Below, piece by piece: positions 10,452-20,642 of a stretch of 64,000 nt of DNA. Position 1 is the first letter of the stretch; every line of letters begins with the position of its first letter. The notes under the pieces are model-generated. The model was not told where the DNA came from and did no database searches. It saw nothing but the letters and a program-made list of their open reading frames with translations. The stretch covers positions 3,040,001 through 3,104,000 of the forward strand of contig OZ244922.1 in assembly GCA_965221905.1 (NCBI GenBank), read 5' to 3'. The stretch is from Chloroflexota bacterium (lineage in GTDB: Bacteria > Chloroflexota > UBA11872 > VXOZ01). A program made the position numbers and the translations under genes.

Positions 10452-11582
10452 ATGCCGACAATAGAGAACGTAGAAGTTTTCTCATTTACCCTCCCTTTCA
10501 AGGGACTGTTCCGCACGTCGCGGGGGACCGTGGGCAGTGCCGCAACCGGACGTCCCATCGTGTTGACGAAACTGACCGCCAGTGACGGCACCGTCGGGTG
10601 GGGTGAAGGTTCGCCTTCCCACACGTGGTCGCCGGAGACTCGCGAATCGGTGGTGAGTGTACTCAATGATCACTTCGTTCCCGCTGTGATCGGCAAGCCG
10701 CTCGCCGATCTCGATGGCCTTCATCAAGCCATGAATGGCGCGATCGCACCCCTCTGGGGCCTGAGCATGCCAATTGCCCGCGCCGCGATTGATGTTGCGG
10801 CCCACGATGCCCTGGCGCGGCACTACGGCGCGCCCCTCTCCGACCTGCTCGCGCACCGCCGAGCGGACCGCATTCGCCTGAGCTGGACCGTGACCGGAAG
10901 CACCCCGGCTGAAGTGGAAGAAAGTCTGCGCGAGGCTGAAGAGCGCGGCTATCGAAGCTGCAATGTCAAGGTAGGTGGCTCCATGGAATGGGACCTTCAA
11001 CTCTGTGCCTTGGTGCGGAGCGCCTTTCCCGAAGGCTTTCTTTGGGCCGACGCCAATGGCGGCTTTCCGCCTCATGAGGCGCGCCAGCGGATGCATGCGC
11101 TCGTAGACACAGGCGTTGCACTGCTCGAACAGCCCGTTGCGCCGGACCGTCCCGACGTTGCAGCGCGCATTACGGCAGAATCGCCAATTCCCGTGGCGCT
11201 GGATGAGTCCATTTCCGGGCCGGTACCGTTGCTCACCATGATCAAGCAAGAAGCGCTCACAGCCTACACGTTCAAGGTCACGCGCACCGGCGGACTTTGG
11301 CCGTCCCGAATCTGTGCGTCGCTTGCGGACGCCGCCGGGCTGATGCTGGTGTGCAGCGGCCTTACCGAGTGCAGCGTGGCGTTCGCCGCCAGCGTCCATC
11401 TTGCCGCGGCATGGGGCATAGTGCACCCGTGCGCGCTAAACGGCCCACAGTTTCTCACCGACGACGTGGCAGCCAAGACCCTCCCCCGTGAGGGCGACGC
11501 GGTGCTCGTCACCGATGATCCGGGACTTGGTATCGAAGTAGACGAGGACAAAGTCCGGCATTTTGCCGCGCAGGAGGCTTGA
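10452..11582 (+). CDS. mandelate racemase / muconate lactonizing enzyme (enolase superfamily)
   Basis: GWGE, metal ligands DANG / EQP / LDES and KVTRTGG. Start at ATG 10452 after AAGGAG. Confidence 0.85.
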   Translation: MPTIENVEVFSFTLPFKGLFRTSRGTVGSAATGRPIVLTKLTASDGTVGWGEGSPSHTWSPETRESVVSVLNDHFVPAVIGKPLADLDGLHQAMNGAIAPLWGLSMPIARAAIDVAAHDALARHYGAPLSDLLAHRRADRIRLSWTVTGSTPAEVEESLREAEERGYRSCNVKVGGSMEWDLQLCALVRSAFPEGFLWADANGGFPPHEARQRMHALVDTGVALLEQPVAPDRPDVAARITAESPIPVALDESISGPVPLLTMIKQEALTAYTFKVTRTGGLWPSRICASLADAAGLMLVCSGLTECSVAFAASVHLAAAWGIVHPCALNGPQFLTDDVAAKTLPREGDAVLVTDDPGLGIEVDEDKVRHFAAQEA

Positions 11583-12598
11583 CCGACATGACTGGGCAAG
11601 ACCCTATTCGTACTATTCACGTTGGTGTCGGCCGCCGCGGCCGCTGGCCGCTGGAAGTGCTTACCGCCGATCCGCGATTTCGGCCCGTGGCCCTAGTCGA
11701 CGTTTCCCCCGATTTGCTCGCGGAGGCGCAGGCGCTTACGGGACTCGATGAGTCAGTTTCGTTTTCGCATCTGGAAATAGCACTCGCAACCGTGCAGGCC
11801 GACGCCGTCATCATCTGTACACCCACGGCTTTCCACGCCCCTTTGGCGAGGCTGGCGTTTGATGCGGGCAAGCACGTGCTGGTTGAAAAAGGCATGACGA
11901 CCAATTGGCAAGATGCAGTGGGTCTCGTAGCCGAGGCGGATCGCGCGGGCGTAAAGTTCTGCGTCTCGCAGAATTACCGCTATCGGCCTGAGGTGCTTAC
12001 CCTGAAATCCGCTATCGAAAGCGGCGACCACGGTACGCCGCATCTCATCGACCTGGTTCATCACCGCTTCCGGCCCACGCCCCGCACGCTGGACTATCCC
12101 TTTGCCATGGTTTGGGACATGAGCGTGCACCATCTGGATAACCTGGTCTTCTGCTTTGGGCCGGTTGCTGAAGCCACGGCAAGGAGTTTCACTGCGCCCT
12201 GGTCGCAGTACTCCCACGACGCGGGCATCTCTGCGGTGCTGCACTTTGCAAGCGGGCCCGTTGCCACGTACGCCATGACTCACATCGCCAGCTACAACGA
12301 CTATCGCTTTGTGGTGCAGAGCGCCGAAGGCGTGTTGGCCTGGGACGGTGCCGACTGGCAATGGCAGGAAACACCTGCGTTGGATTTCGGCAAGGCGCAG
12401 CCGCCCCGGGCGGTACCCCACGCGCCGGCGCCACATCGAAGCGAGCAGGGCGTTATCGACGACCTCTACCGGTACATCGTGGATGGCATCGAGCCCGGCA
12501 TCAGCGGGCGCAATAACCTGGAAATTCTCCGCGCCTGCGAGATGCTCTGCCGCTCAAGCCAAGAACAGGGCACCGTGCACAGAGATGAGGTAAGTTAG
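11579..12598 (+). CDS. Gfo/Idh/MocA family oxidoreductase
   Basis: GVGRRG Rossmann loop, DAVIICTP, GKHVLVEK and DMSVHHLD. Confidence 0.85.
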   Translation: MTDMTGQDPIRTIHVGVGRRGRWPLEVLTADPRFRPVALVDVSPDLLAEAQALTGLDESVSFSHLEIALATVQADAVIICTPTAFHAPLARLAFDAGKHVLVEKGMTTNWQDAVGLVAEADRAGVKFCVSQNYRYRPEVLTLKSAIESGDHGTPHLIDLVHHRFRPTPRTLDYPFAMVWDMSVHHLDNLVFCFGPVAEATARSFTAPWSQYSHDAGISAVLHFASGPVATYAMTHIASYNDYRFVVQSAEGVLAWDGADWQWQETPALDFGKAQPPRAVPHAPAPHRSEQGVIDDLYRYIVDGIEPGISGRNNLEILRACEMLCRSSQEQGTVHRDEVS

Positions 12599-12725
12599 CG
12601 ATTTGCAGAGGGGCGCTACCGCGTTGGGTTGAGAGGTAGACCACACTGCTTAGCACAATGACTTAGAATCAAATACAATACGCCGGTCGTAATCGTAGAA
12701 AAGCAATCGACGGTATCGATTTGTA

Positions 12726-13316
12726 ATGAAAACTCGCTTTTTAGTATTGTTGGCAGCGCTCATAGCAGTCATGGCTTGCGAATCCCCGGCTGAATCCACT
12801 CTGGTTTACACGCCGGAGCGGCAGCCTACGGTTGCTCCATCGGCCACGCCTCAAAACGCGATCCCAACTCCATCTCCTGAGAGCCTCATCATGCTGCGGG
12901 ATCCGCTCGACGAGCCGGAATTCTATTGCGTAGACGTTGCGGGCTTTGGCAACAATCTAAATCTGAACAGTCCGCTCCAGGCCCACACGTGCAAGCCAGG
13001 GGCCGACGACGAACTCTTCATCTTCAACCATCCCACACCAGGTCAGTTCTACATGGACGCTTACGCTGTCTGTCTCGAGGCGGCGGAAGGCTTGCTCTAC
13101 GTGCGAGCATGCTCGGAATCACCAAACCAACGATTCGTCTTGAGCGACGACGGCGCAATTCGTTTGGGTGACTCCGATCTATGCCTCGCGGTCAAGTCCG
13201 GTGACGGTCAGCCCGCAGGCGGCAGATCGCACGTGCGCCGCGACTTGCTGCTGCAAAGCTGCGCCGACGCGGAGCAGAGCCTCACCCGTTGGTCACTGCC
13301 GGGACCGAGTCCTTAG
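12726..13316 (+). CDS. lipoprotein with ricin-type beta-trefoil domain
   Basis: Lipobox VMAC, Pro/Thr linker, and three Cys-paired repeats (YCVDV...HTC, VCLEA...ACSESPNQRF, LCLAV...SC...RW). Confidence 0.7.
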   Translation: MKTRFLVLLAALIAVMACESPAESTLVYTPERQPTVAPSATPQNAIPTPSPESLIMLRDPLDEPEFYCVDVAGFGNNLNLNSPLQAHTCKPGADDELFIFNHPTPGQFYMDAYAVCLEAAEGLLYVRACSESPNQRFVLSDDGAIRLGDSDLCLAVKSGDGQPAGGRSHVRRDLLLQSCADAEQSLTRWSLPGPSP

Positions 13317-13407
13317 CAGCAATTCTTACCCTGCTTGCCGGCCCCGCACTTTCCCAAGTACTCACCGGCGTGGTGAGTAACGCGCCCAATCTGAGTGAAT
13401 TGCGCCG

Positions 13408-13625
13408 CGGAATTAGTAGATTTAGGCTTACATGGGTCACATGCAAGACACGTGGCCGTACCCAGGCCAAAGCCAGATTCTCAAACTGTCATTCCGAGGA
13501 GCGCAGCGACGAGGAATCTAGAGTCAGGAGCTTTCTAAATTCCTTGAACTCTGGTTCGCCGCTACGCTCGGAATGACAAGAACCGCTGCCTCGCAAAAGC
13601 TTCAAGCCTATATCTACTAATTCCG
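13408..13625. mobile_element. MITE (218 bp) with 22-bp TIRs, 8-bp TSD and internal REP pair
   Basis: Left end CGGAATTAGTAGATTTAGGCTT, right end AAGCCTATATCTACTAATTCCG (21/22 complementary); TTGCGCCG duplicated at 13400-13407 and 13626-13633. Confidence 0.9.
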
Positions 13626-13638
13626 TTGCGCCGCTAGT

Positions 13639-13668
13639 TTGACACGCTCATTTGCCGCCTGTTATCAT
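13639..13668 (+). promoter_or_regulatory. sigma70-type promoter for the aroF leader/operon
   Basis: TTGACA (13639-44), 18-nt spacer, TG-t-TATCAT (extended -10, 13663-68). Confidence 0.65.
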
Positions 13669-13723
13669 GCCTCAGTATTTGCAGCGTGCCATGCACGCTT
13701 GGCAGTGCAACAAAGGAATTAGT

Positions 13724-13783
13724 GTGGTAGTCGCAGCTCTCAACTATTATTATCTGTTTATTGAGCCGGAGGGTCCGGCTTAA
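13724..13783 (+). CDS. attenuation leader peptide MVVAALNYYYLFIEPEGPA
   Basis: AAAGGA SD 6 nt upstream of GTG; three consecutive TAT codons plus TTT; lies upstream of a terminator and DAHP synthase. Confidence 0.75.
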   Translation: MVVAALNYYYLFIEPEGPA

Positions 13784-13839
13784 GCAGATTTGCTTTGTCC
13801 CAGCGGACAATACGAGAGCAGACGACACCCTCCGGCGAT

Positions 13840-13873
13840 AGCAGAAAGTGAAAGACTTTCTGCTTTTTCTTTT
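13840..13873 (+). terminator. intrinsic terminator (attenuator) in the aroF leader
   Basis: AGCAGAAAGT-gaaag-ACTTTCTGCT stem followed by a T-rich tract (TTTTCTTTT). Confidence 0.8.
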
Positions 13874-14018
13874 ATAGAAGGGAGTAGGTGGCAGCATAGA
13901 TTCGCTAGAGCGACAACCACCGCGGAACCAGTTGTCAAAGACGTTGTGCATATAAGGCAGCCTCACACAACGAAGGCGCAATGCAGCAACTATGCAAAGG
14001 AATGAAAGGTAGAGCGAC

Positions 14019-15068
14019 ATGATTGTGATAATGCGACCCGAAGCAACACCGGAGCAGATCGCTGCCGTACGCCAGCGCATTGAAGACGAGGGCTTGGAGT
14101 CGACCGTCAGCCAAGGTGTTAATAAGGCAGTGATCGGCCTCATCGGCAAACGTCCTCCCGGCATGTTGGAGCGCGTACAGGTGCTGCCGGGAGTGGAGAT
14201 GGTCATTCCGGTTGACAAGCCGTACAAGTTCGCAGCCCGGGGTGAGGGCGGCGATGATACGCAAATTCGCGTTGGCAACGTGACCATCGGCAGCAATGAA
14301 ATTGCCGTGATTGGCGGTCCGTGCAGCGTGGAGAGTGAGGAGCAAATCGTCGCTACGGCAGAGGCCGTGAAGGAAGCGGGCGGGCACATCCTGCGGGGCG
14401 GCGCCTTCAAGCCGCGCTCCTCTCCATACAGCTTCCAAGGCAAGGGCAGAGAGGGCCTGGAGCTACTCCGCACTGCCGCAAATGCCACCGGTCTGCCCCT
14501 CATTACGGAGGTCATGGAACCCGGTAGAGTGCCGCTGGTAGCCGAATACGTCGATATCCTGCAGATCGGCACCCGCAACATGCAAAACTTCCCCCTGCTG
14601 CAAGCTGTCGGCAACACCGATAAACCGGTGCTGCTCAAACGCGGCATGGCGGCAACCATCGAAGACTTGCTGATGTCCGCGGAATACATTATGGCCGCCG
14701 GTAATATGCGCGTGATCCTCTGCGAGCGGGGCATTCGCACCTTTGAAACGGCCACCCGCAACACACTAGACCTGAGTGCCATACCGGTGATAAAAGAACA
14801 ATCTCATCTGCCGGTGATCGTCGATCCCAGTCATGCCACGGGTATGTGGGAGCTGGTAAAGCCGATGTCGCTAGCTGCTGTCGCCGCCGGAGCTGACGGT
14901 GTGATGATTGAGGTGCACCCACATCCGGAGCTGGCGCTTTCAGACGGGCCCCAGAGCGTCACACCGGCACGTTTCTTCGACATCATGGATGCCATTCGCA
15001 AAGTGGCGGCCTCGGTAGGTCGGGAAGTACCCGCCGCCACAGCCGAGATGGAAGCCGCCACCCCGTAA
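14019..15068 (+). CDS. aroF: 3-deoxy-7-phosphoheptulonate (DAHP) synthase, type I-beta with N-terminal regulatory domain
   Basis: MIVIM N-terminal ACT-like domain; [34 protein letters not shown] and DPSH motifs. Confidence 0.95.
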   Translation: MIVIMRPEATPEQIAAVRQRIEDEGLESTVSQGVNKAVIGLIGKRPPGMLERVQVLPGVEMVIPVDKPYKFAARGEGGDDTQIRVGNVTIGSNEIAVIGGPCSVESEEQIVATAEAVKEAGGHILRGGAFKPRSSPYSFQGKGREGLELLRTAANATGLPLITEVMEPGRVPLVAEYVDILQIGTRNMQNFPLLQAVGNTDKPVLLKRGMAATIEDLLMSAEYIMAAGNMRVILCERGIRTFETATRNTLDLSAIPVIKEQSHLPVIVDPSHATGMWELVKPMSLAAVAAGADGVMIEVHPHPELALSDGPQSVTPARFFDIMDAIRKVAASVGREVPAATAEMEAATP

Positions 15069-15083
15069 CCGGAACACGCATGC

Positions 15084-15650
15084 TTGCATGGGAAGAAAAA
15101 CGTGAACGCCTGGGTGCAGATGATAGCGGAGGACAAAGCAGAGGGTCAGTTACGCGCGGTCTACCAAGAGCTTCTCGGTGAAGGAAGGCAGGGCAATGTC
15201 CCTGACTTCCTTCGTTTGCACAGCCTCGTGCCCGGCGCGATTGCTCCGCTGGCCCAACTACACAGAGCCATAGCGTATGGCCCTGGCGAATTGTCGCGCG
15301 TACAACGCGAGTTGATCGCCACAGTGGTGTCAGTCATAAACGGCTGCGCACTCTGCCAGGAACTCCATAGCCGCCTGCTTCTCCATCGCACACGTGACGA
15401 AGCGCTCGTGGCGCAAGTCCTACGCGACTTTCGCAGCGCGCCGCTCTCGGCGGCGGACCGCGCATTGCTAGAGTATGCGGCAAAGCTCACGACTTCACCG
15501 GCCGCCGTAACCCAGGAAGACGTTGGCCGCCTGCGCCGGATCGGCTTTAGCGACGCAGCTATCGTCGAGACGGCTACGCAAACCGCACTCTTCAATTACC
15601 TGAATCGCGTCATTCAAGGTCTCGGTCTTGGAGAACCTGCCCTACCATGA
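15084..15650 (+). CDS. AhpD-like peroxidase-related enzyme
   Basis: RELIATVVSVINGCALCQELH, LLEYAAKLT and FNYLNR. The start may be GTG 15102. Confidence 0.8.
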   Translation: MHGKKNVNAWVQMIAEDKAEGQLRAVYQELLGEGRQGNVPDFLRLHSLVPGAIAPLAQLHRAIAYGPGELSRVQRELIATVVSVINGCALCQELHSRLLLHRTRDEALVAQVLRDFRSAPLSAADRALLEYAAKLTTSPAAVTQEDVGRLRRIGFSDAAIVETATQTALFNYLNRVIQGLGLGEPALP

Positions 15651-16936
15651 AGCGAATCGATCCTATCGATCACCCCGTAAACGCGACCGTTACCCTGCCG
15701 GGATCGAAAAGCTATACCAACCGAGCGCTCATCATCGCCGCCATGGCCGCCGGGACGTCGCAGTTGCGACAGGCCCTCTTCAGCGACGACACCGTCTACA
15801 TGGCCCAAGCGCTCCGGGAGCTTGGCATTCCCGTAACGGCGGATGAGACCACCAATACGTTCACTGTGGAAGGCCGGGGCGGCTCCATTCCCGCCAGCCG
15901 GGCCGATCTCTTCGTCGGTCTTTCCGGTACAAGCTCCCGCTTTCTCACGGCACTCGCCGCTTTGGGCCACGGTCAATACTGCATCAATGGGGTCGCGCGC
16001 ATGCGCGAGCGTCCGATGCAACCCTTACTCGCAAGCATCCGTCAGCTTGGCGGCACGGTTCGGTCCCGTCATGACAACGACTGCCTGCCCATTGAGATTT
16101 CTGGGCACGGACTGCGTGGCGGTGCTGCCGTGATGGCCGGCGACCAGAGCAGCCAATACTTCAGTGCTCTCCTGATGGTAGCGCCATACATGACACAAGG
16201 ACTTGATCTCTCTGTGGAAGGGCGCCTGATTCACGGTCAGTACATCACGATGACGATGAAGAGCATGGCGGACTTCGGGGTTGTGGCAACCGGCGAGGAA
16301 AACAAGCGCTTCCGCGTGGCGCCCGGGCAACGCTATCAGGCCCGCACGTACGATATCGAACCGGACGCCTCAGCCGCTTCGTACTTCTTTGCTGCCGCTG
16401 CGCTTACGGGAGGTACCATGCGCGTGGAGAATCTCGGCGCTGACTCTGCCCAGGGAGACTTGGACTTTGTCGACGTGCTGTCAGAGATGGGCTGCAACGT
16501 TGAAAAGGGCGCCGATCACGTGAGAGTAACTGGGCCCGGAAAACTACGGGGCGTGGACGTTGACATGGGATCGCTCTCCGATACGTTCATGACTCTTGCC
16601 GCCCTTGCGCCGTTTGCGGACGGCCCGACCGTCATTCGCGGCATAGCGCACACCCGGCTGCAAGAAACCGACCGTGTCCATGCCACCGCCCAAGAGTTGC
16701 AGAAGCTCGGGGTTGCAGTTGAAGAATTCGAAGACGAACTACACATCAGGCCCGGCCCCATGCACGGGGCTACCATCGATCCCCACAACGACCACCGCAT
16801 TGCCATGAGCTTTGCGCTGGTGGGTCTACGGCAGCCTGGTGTTGTAATCGGCAATCCCGCTTGCGTAGCCAAGACATTCCCCGATTTCTTTGACCGTTTG
16901 GATGCGGCAACATCCCCCACCAGCGCGCCGGTCTAG
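15647..16936 (+). CDS. aroA: 3-phosphoshikimate 1-carboxyvinyltransferase (EPSP synthase)
   Basis: PGSKSYTNRAL, SGTSSRFL, RMRERP, SSQYFSALLM, QETDR, NDHRIAM and KTFPDF. Confidence 0.95.
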   Translation: MKRIDPIDHPVNATVTLPGSKSYTNRALIIAAMAAGTSQLRQALFSDDTVYMAQALRELGIPVTADETTNTFTVEGRGGSIPASRADLFVGLSGTSSRFLTALAALGHGQYCINGVARMRERPMQPLLASIRQLGGTVRSRHDNDCLPIEISGHGLRGGAAVMAGDQSSQYFSALLMVAPYMTQGLDLSVEGRLIHGQYITMTMKSMADFGVVATGEENKRFRVAPGQRYQARTYDIEPDASAASYFFAAAALTGGTMRVENLGADSAQGDLDFVDVLSEMGCNVEKGADHVRVTGPGKLRGVDVDMGSLSDTFMTLAALAPFADGPTVIRGIAHTRLQETDRVHATAQELQKLGVAVEEFEDELHIRPGPMHGATIDPHNDHRIAMSFALVGLRQPGVVIGNPACVAKTFPDFFDRLDAATSPTSAPV

Positions 16937-17296
16937 CGTGTAATGCCGCCATTGCGCCTGCGATCGGCTTGGGTCTGTCCGGTATTTCGGAGGGATGTGC
17001 TATTAACGTGGTTTCATGCGCCTTTGGCTGAATTCCTCCCGCTTGCTTCTCGCTCAATGTGCTGCCGCTCAGTCCAGGAGCGGGCCTCCCTAACGCAGTC
17101 GCAAGAGCGTTGGCTGTAAAGCTCACGGTCGGAAGGACACTAGTGCCGCGCGGTGAAGGGGAAGGACTCAACTCGCACAGGGCTGCGGAAAATTCCATTG
17201 AGACCGGTCGTAATCGCGTTGTTGCAGAGGCGCTCTGCCTAGCGTAGAGTGAGGTTATCCCGTTAGGTAGCAAGCAACTATATACGAGAAACACGC

Positions 17297-18043
17297 ATGC
17301 CCAGGCAAGAGAGCATCTCTGTCTTTTTTCCCGCCTACAACGATGAGCACACGATTGGTACCCTCGTAGAGCAGTCCATTTCCGTGATTGAACGGCTGGG
17401 ATTCACTGACTATGAGGTCATCGCCATCAATGACGGCAGCGAAGACGGCACAGCGGCAGTGCTGGCGCGGTTGGAAAGCGATCTACCGCAATTTCGCGTG
17501 ATTACGCACCCAAAGAATCGCGGCTATGGCGGGGCGCTCCGCAGCGGCTTCAGCGCAGCCTGTAAAGACTTGGTCTTCTACACTGACGGCGACGCCCAGT
17601 ATGACGTGGAAGAGCTACCATTGCTCTTGGAAAAACTGGCGGATGCCGTTGACGTTGTGAACGGCTACAAAATTTCACGGAAAGATTTCTGGGTTCGAGA
17701 TATTGTTGGAAAGCTGTATCGCAGCACTATGCGTTTGTTCTTCAAGACACCGATTCAAGACATTGACTGTGATTTCCGCCTCATCCGGCGTCGGGCATTG
17801 GACTCAATTCACCTTACTATGAATAGTGGCGCCATTTGCTTAGAGCTCGTCGCAGAGCTAGCTGCTAGTGGCTCCCGCTTCGCCGAGGTAGGCGTGACAC
17901 ATCTTCCCCGTCAATATGGCCGCTCACAGTTCTTTCGTCCGCGCCACATCATTCAGACGTTGGCGGATGATTTTCGCTTTTGGTTTCGCTTGCGCCAGGC
18001 GCGCCGATCCTACATCGCGCGGGAAGAGCAAGATACCCCCTAG
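17297..18043 (+). CDS. GT2 glycosyltransferase (polyprenol-P-sugar synthase-like)
   Basis: SVFFPAYND, INDGSED, NRGYGGAL, YTDGDAQY and DIDCDFRL. Confidence 0.9.
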   Translation: MPRQESISVFFPAYNDEHTIGTLVEQSISVIERLGFTDYEVIAINDGSEDGTAAVLARLESDLPQFRVITHPKNRGYGGALRSGFSAACKDLVFYTDGDAQYDVEELPLLLEKLADAVDVVNGYKISRKDFWVRDIVGKLYRSTMRLFFKTPIQDIDCDFRLIRRRALDSIHLTMNSGAICLELVAELAASGSRFAEVGVTHLPRQYGRSQFFRPRHIIQTLADDFRFWFRLRQARRSYIAREEQDTP

Positions 18044-18344
18044 GCACGCTTTCAACCTCGCCTGTGCTCTCCAATTGCGGCTAAGACTCTCTCCCAGTTC
18101 GCCCTAGAACCATGCTGCCCTAAGCCCAATCTAAACTGAAGGCAACCTGTCAAGAGACATGGACTGCGATCGGGGATTTTGGCAATCCTTGCCACGTATT
18201 TCCCAAACCAGCGAGAGTTTCCAGGCCAAATTCTAGTACATACGAAGTCGTTCGCAGCCGAGCGCCTTGGCTGAGAATACCACCACTGGCCGACTCCTTC
18301 TAAGCCAGGCACCGTCTACATAGCGTGTTTGCTACAGTGCGCGA

Positions 18345-20642
18345 TTGCCTGCTACTATCGCTTGTATGAGGCGCTTTCACTCTACTCATGCGACACCGCT
18401 CGCAGGATTCCATCCCTCCCTGGAAGACGCACCGAAGCACACACTGCGGCTGCTTGGCGTAATATTCCTCTTCTTTTTCTTGGTGTACGTCTTGACTGCA
18501 GGCGGTCATGAGTATAGCCCTGACGGACGCTTTGCGTACAACATGGGGCAAAGTCTCATATTGGACCCCGATCACGCCTACTTAAGGCAAGAATATCGCG
18601 GTCTGGCGTGGTGGGGAATTGGGTTACCCTTGCTCTTCCAACCTACCTTGGTCTTGGGCGGCATGATCAGCCCCTTGCTGCCGCAGAAGGACACTTTTGA
18701 GCACGAGGGGCGCACGTATGTGCTCGGAGACTATCCTGTACTCGCATTTAGAGGCACTCCCAATAGGGTGGAGACGTTCTACATTCCTATTAAGGACGTG
18801 CGCGCCAGAGGTCTTGTTATTTTTTCCTACCTGGCGTCGTCCTTAGAGATCAGTGAAGGTACACGAGTCGCCACAGTCACGTTAGATACCGTTCCGACAG
18901 GCAGATTCTTTGGAGAGATGATAGCTGGGCGAGACACGGCGGAGTGGGCATACGACCGCCCGGACGTGCGCGGTAAGGTGGCACACGGCAAGGCAAGTGC
19001 CGCGGCGAGCCGTATTGGGATCCCAAGTTCCAGCATTTACGTTTCCGAACTGCTCTTTCCGCAGAGCGTGACCGTAAAGAGCGTGACCATCCAGTATCTG
19101 GCTAACGAAGGCAACTTGCACATTTCATCCCTCAACCTCATCGATGCCGAAACTGACCAGCCGATAATGATCGGCGCCCGAGGTAGGGTCTGGTCCGAGC
19201 GGGAAAACAGCGGCTTCTTCACGCGCTTGTTTGCTCTATTCACCAACGCCTGGGTAACGGCCCTGAACGCCGTACTGTTATTTCTCATTGCGCGTCGACT
19301 TGGGTATCACGGCCACGTTGCACTTTCCTTGACATTCCTATTTGGTTTTGCAACGCTTGCGTGGCCGTACGCAAAATACGACTTCGCTGAACCAGGCGTT
19401 ACGCTAGCGCTTCTTGGCACAGTCTACTTCCTGCTGCGCGGTCTCCAAGACCAGCAGTTAGGCTGGCTGCTTGTTGGTGGATTTACAATACTAGGCGGCA
19501 TCGCCATAAAATACGTAACGGCCATGAATCTTGCTATACTGGCAGCTATCCCGGCACTTGTCACTTTGCAAAGCGCCAACCGGTCTCTGCGAACCCTTGC
19601 CCGGGCCCTCGCACGCACCATCGTGTTTTTGGCCCCAGCAGGCGTACTCGGTTCGGCAGCACTTGCCGTACTCGTATTCGTTCTTAACATACGGCCTCCT
19701 GTGCTGACGAATTTCGCTGACAGGTTTGCTGCCTGGCTTGACCTCCCAATCTGGATCGGCCTCTACGGCAACCTGCTGAGTCCGGGAAAGAGCGTCTTCC
19801 TCTATGCGCCGCCCCTGATCCTGGCCCTATTCGGCAGCCTACCCTTTATTTCACGGCACAAGTGGTGGGCGCTGCCCTTTATTGGAATACCGCTGCTTTA
19901 TTTGCTGGTCTATAGCGCCAAGGGTGTCTGGTACGGAGGCAGTAGCTGGGGGCCGCGCTATCTGGTTCCGGCGGTACCCCTCTTCCTCGTCATGGCCTCT
20001 CCTATAATCGAGAAAGCCATCTTCGACAATGGCATCAGGGAGCTTCGGGCAACTCTAGTGCTAGGTGCTACCGGAATCGGCATCCAGATTCTTGCAATTG
20101 CCAATCACTTCGACTGGTACTTCGGCCTGTTGCGCTCCCAGATCCTCCCGCAAGTACCGGAAAGCGGTGCTTTTCTCGCCGGTCGAGTGGGTCAAGCCTA
20201 TTTTGCCCACCCTACGAACAACCCTTGGGATCAAGAGAATGTCCTATATCTTTTCGCGGCTCCGTTTTCACCCATCTTTGCCCATGTCTGGATGCTGGCA
20301 GCAGACTTCGCAAAACTCTTCTTGCCGACACGACCCGACCTCCTCCTCGGTATACTCGGTCACCCGCCCTGGTCTATTCTCGGCGTTGCCATATGGCCGC
20401 AGAATCCAGAATACCTCCTGGGCCTTGACTTTTGGTCTATGATTCTCTGGCGGGAATATTCCAATCACATGTTCTTTCTGGCGATCGTGCTGATCGTTGT
20501 CTTGGCCGTAGAAGCGGCAATCCTCTATTGCTGGTCCTGGCTGTGCCGGAAATTTGAACTGCCCCTGCGTCTCTATTGGGGCGGGATTGCCGGCTTGGCG
20601 GCGTTTTTCATTCTCTTCGACATGGCTCACATCCTGCAGTAG
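18345..20642 (+). CDS. polytopic membrane protein, GT-C/ArnT-like with inserted soluble beta-domain
   Basis: N-terminal TM plus SPDG, ~190-aa soluble insert (AGRDTAEWAYD), then many TMs with WPYAK..FAEP and WGPRYL. The start is uncertain. Confidence 0.65.
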   Translation: MPATIACMRRFHSTHATPLAGFHPSLEDAPKHTLRLLGVIFLFFFLVYVLTAGGHEYSPDGRFAYNMGQSLILDPDHAYLRQEYRGLAWWGIGLPLLFQPTLVLGGMISPLLPQKDTFEHEGRTYVLGDYPVLAFRGTPNRVETFYIPIKDVRARGLVIFSYLASSLEISEGTRVATVTLDTVPTGRFFGEMIAGRDTAEWAYDRPDVRGKVAHGKASAAASRIGIPSSSIYVSELLFPQSVTVKSVTIQYLANEGNLHISSLNLIDAETDQPIMIGARGRVWSERENSGFFTRLFALFTNAWVTALNAVLLFLIARRLGYHGHVALSLTFLFGFATLAWPYAKYDFAEPGVTLALLGTVYFLLRGLQDQQLGWLLVGGFTILGGIAIKYVTAMNLAILAAIPALVTLQSANRSLRTLARALARTIVFLAPAGVLGSAALAVLVFVLNIRPPVLTNFADRFAAWLDLPIWIGLYGNLLSPGKSVFLYAPPLILALFGSLPFISRHKWWALPFIGIPLLYLLVYSAKGVWYGGSSWGPRYLVPAVPLFLVMASPIIEKAIFDNGIRELRATLVLGATGIGIQILAIANHFDWYFGLLRSQILPQVPESGAFLAGRVGQAYFAHPTNNPWDQENVLYLFAAPFSPIFAHVWMLAADFAKLFLPTRPDLLLGILGHPPWSILGVAIWPQNPEYLLGLDFWSMILWREYSNHMFFLAIVLIVVLAVEAAILYCWSWLCRKFELPLRLYWGGIAGLAAFFILFDMAHILQ

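Noticed and set aside
13634-14782. 382-aa minus-strand ORF
   Set aside because: Antisense to aroF and its leader.
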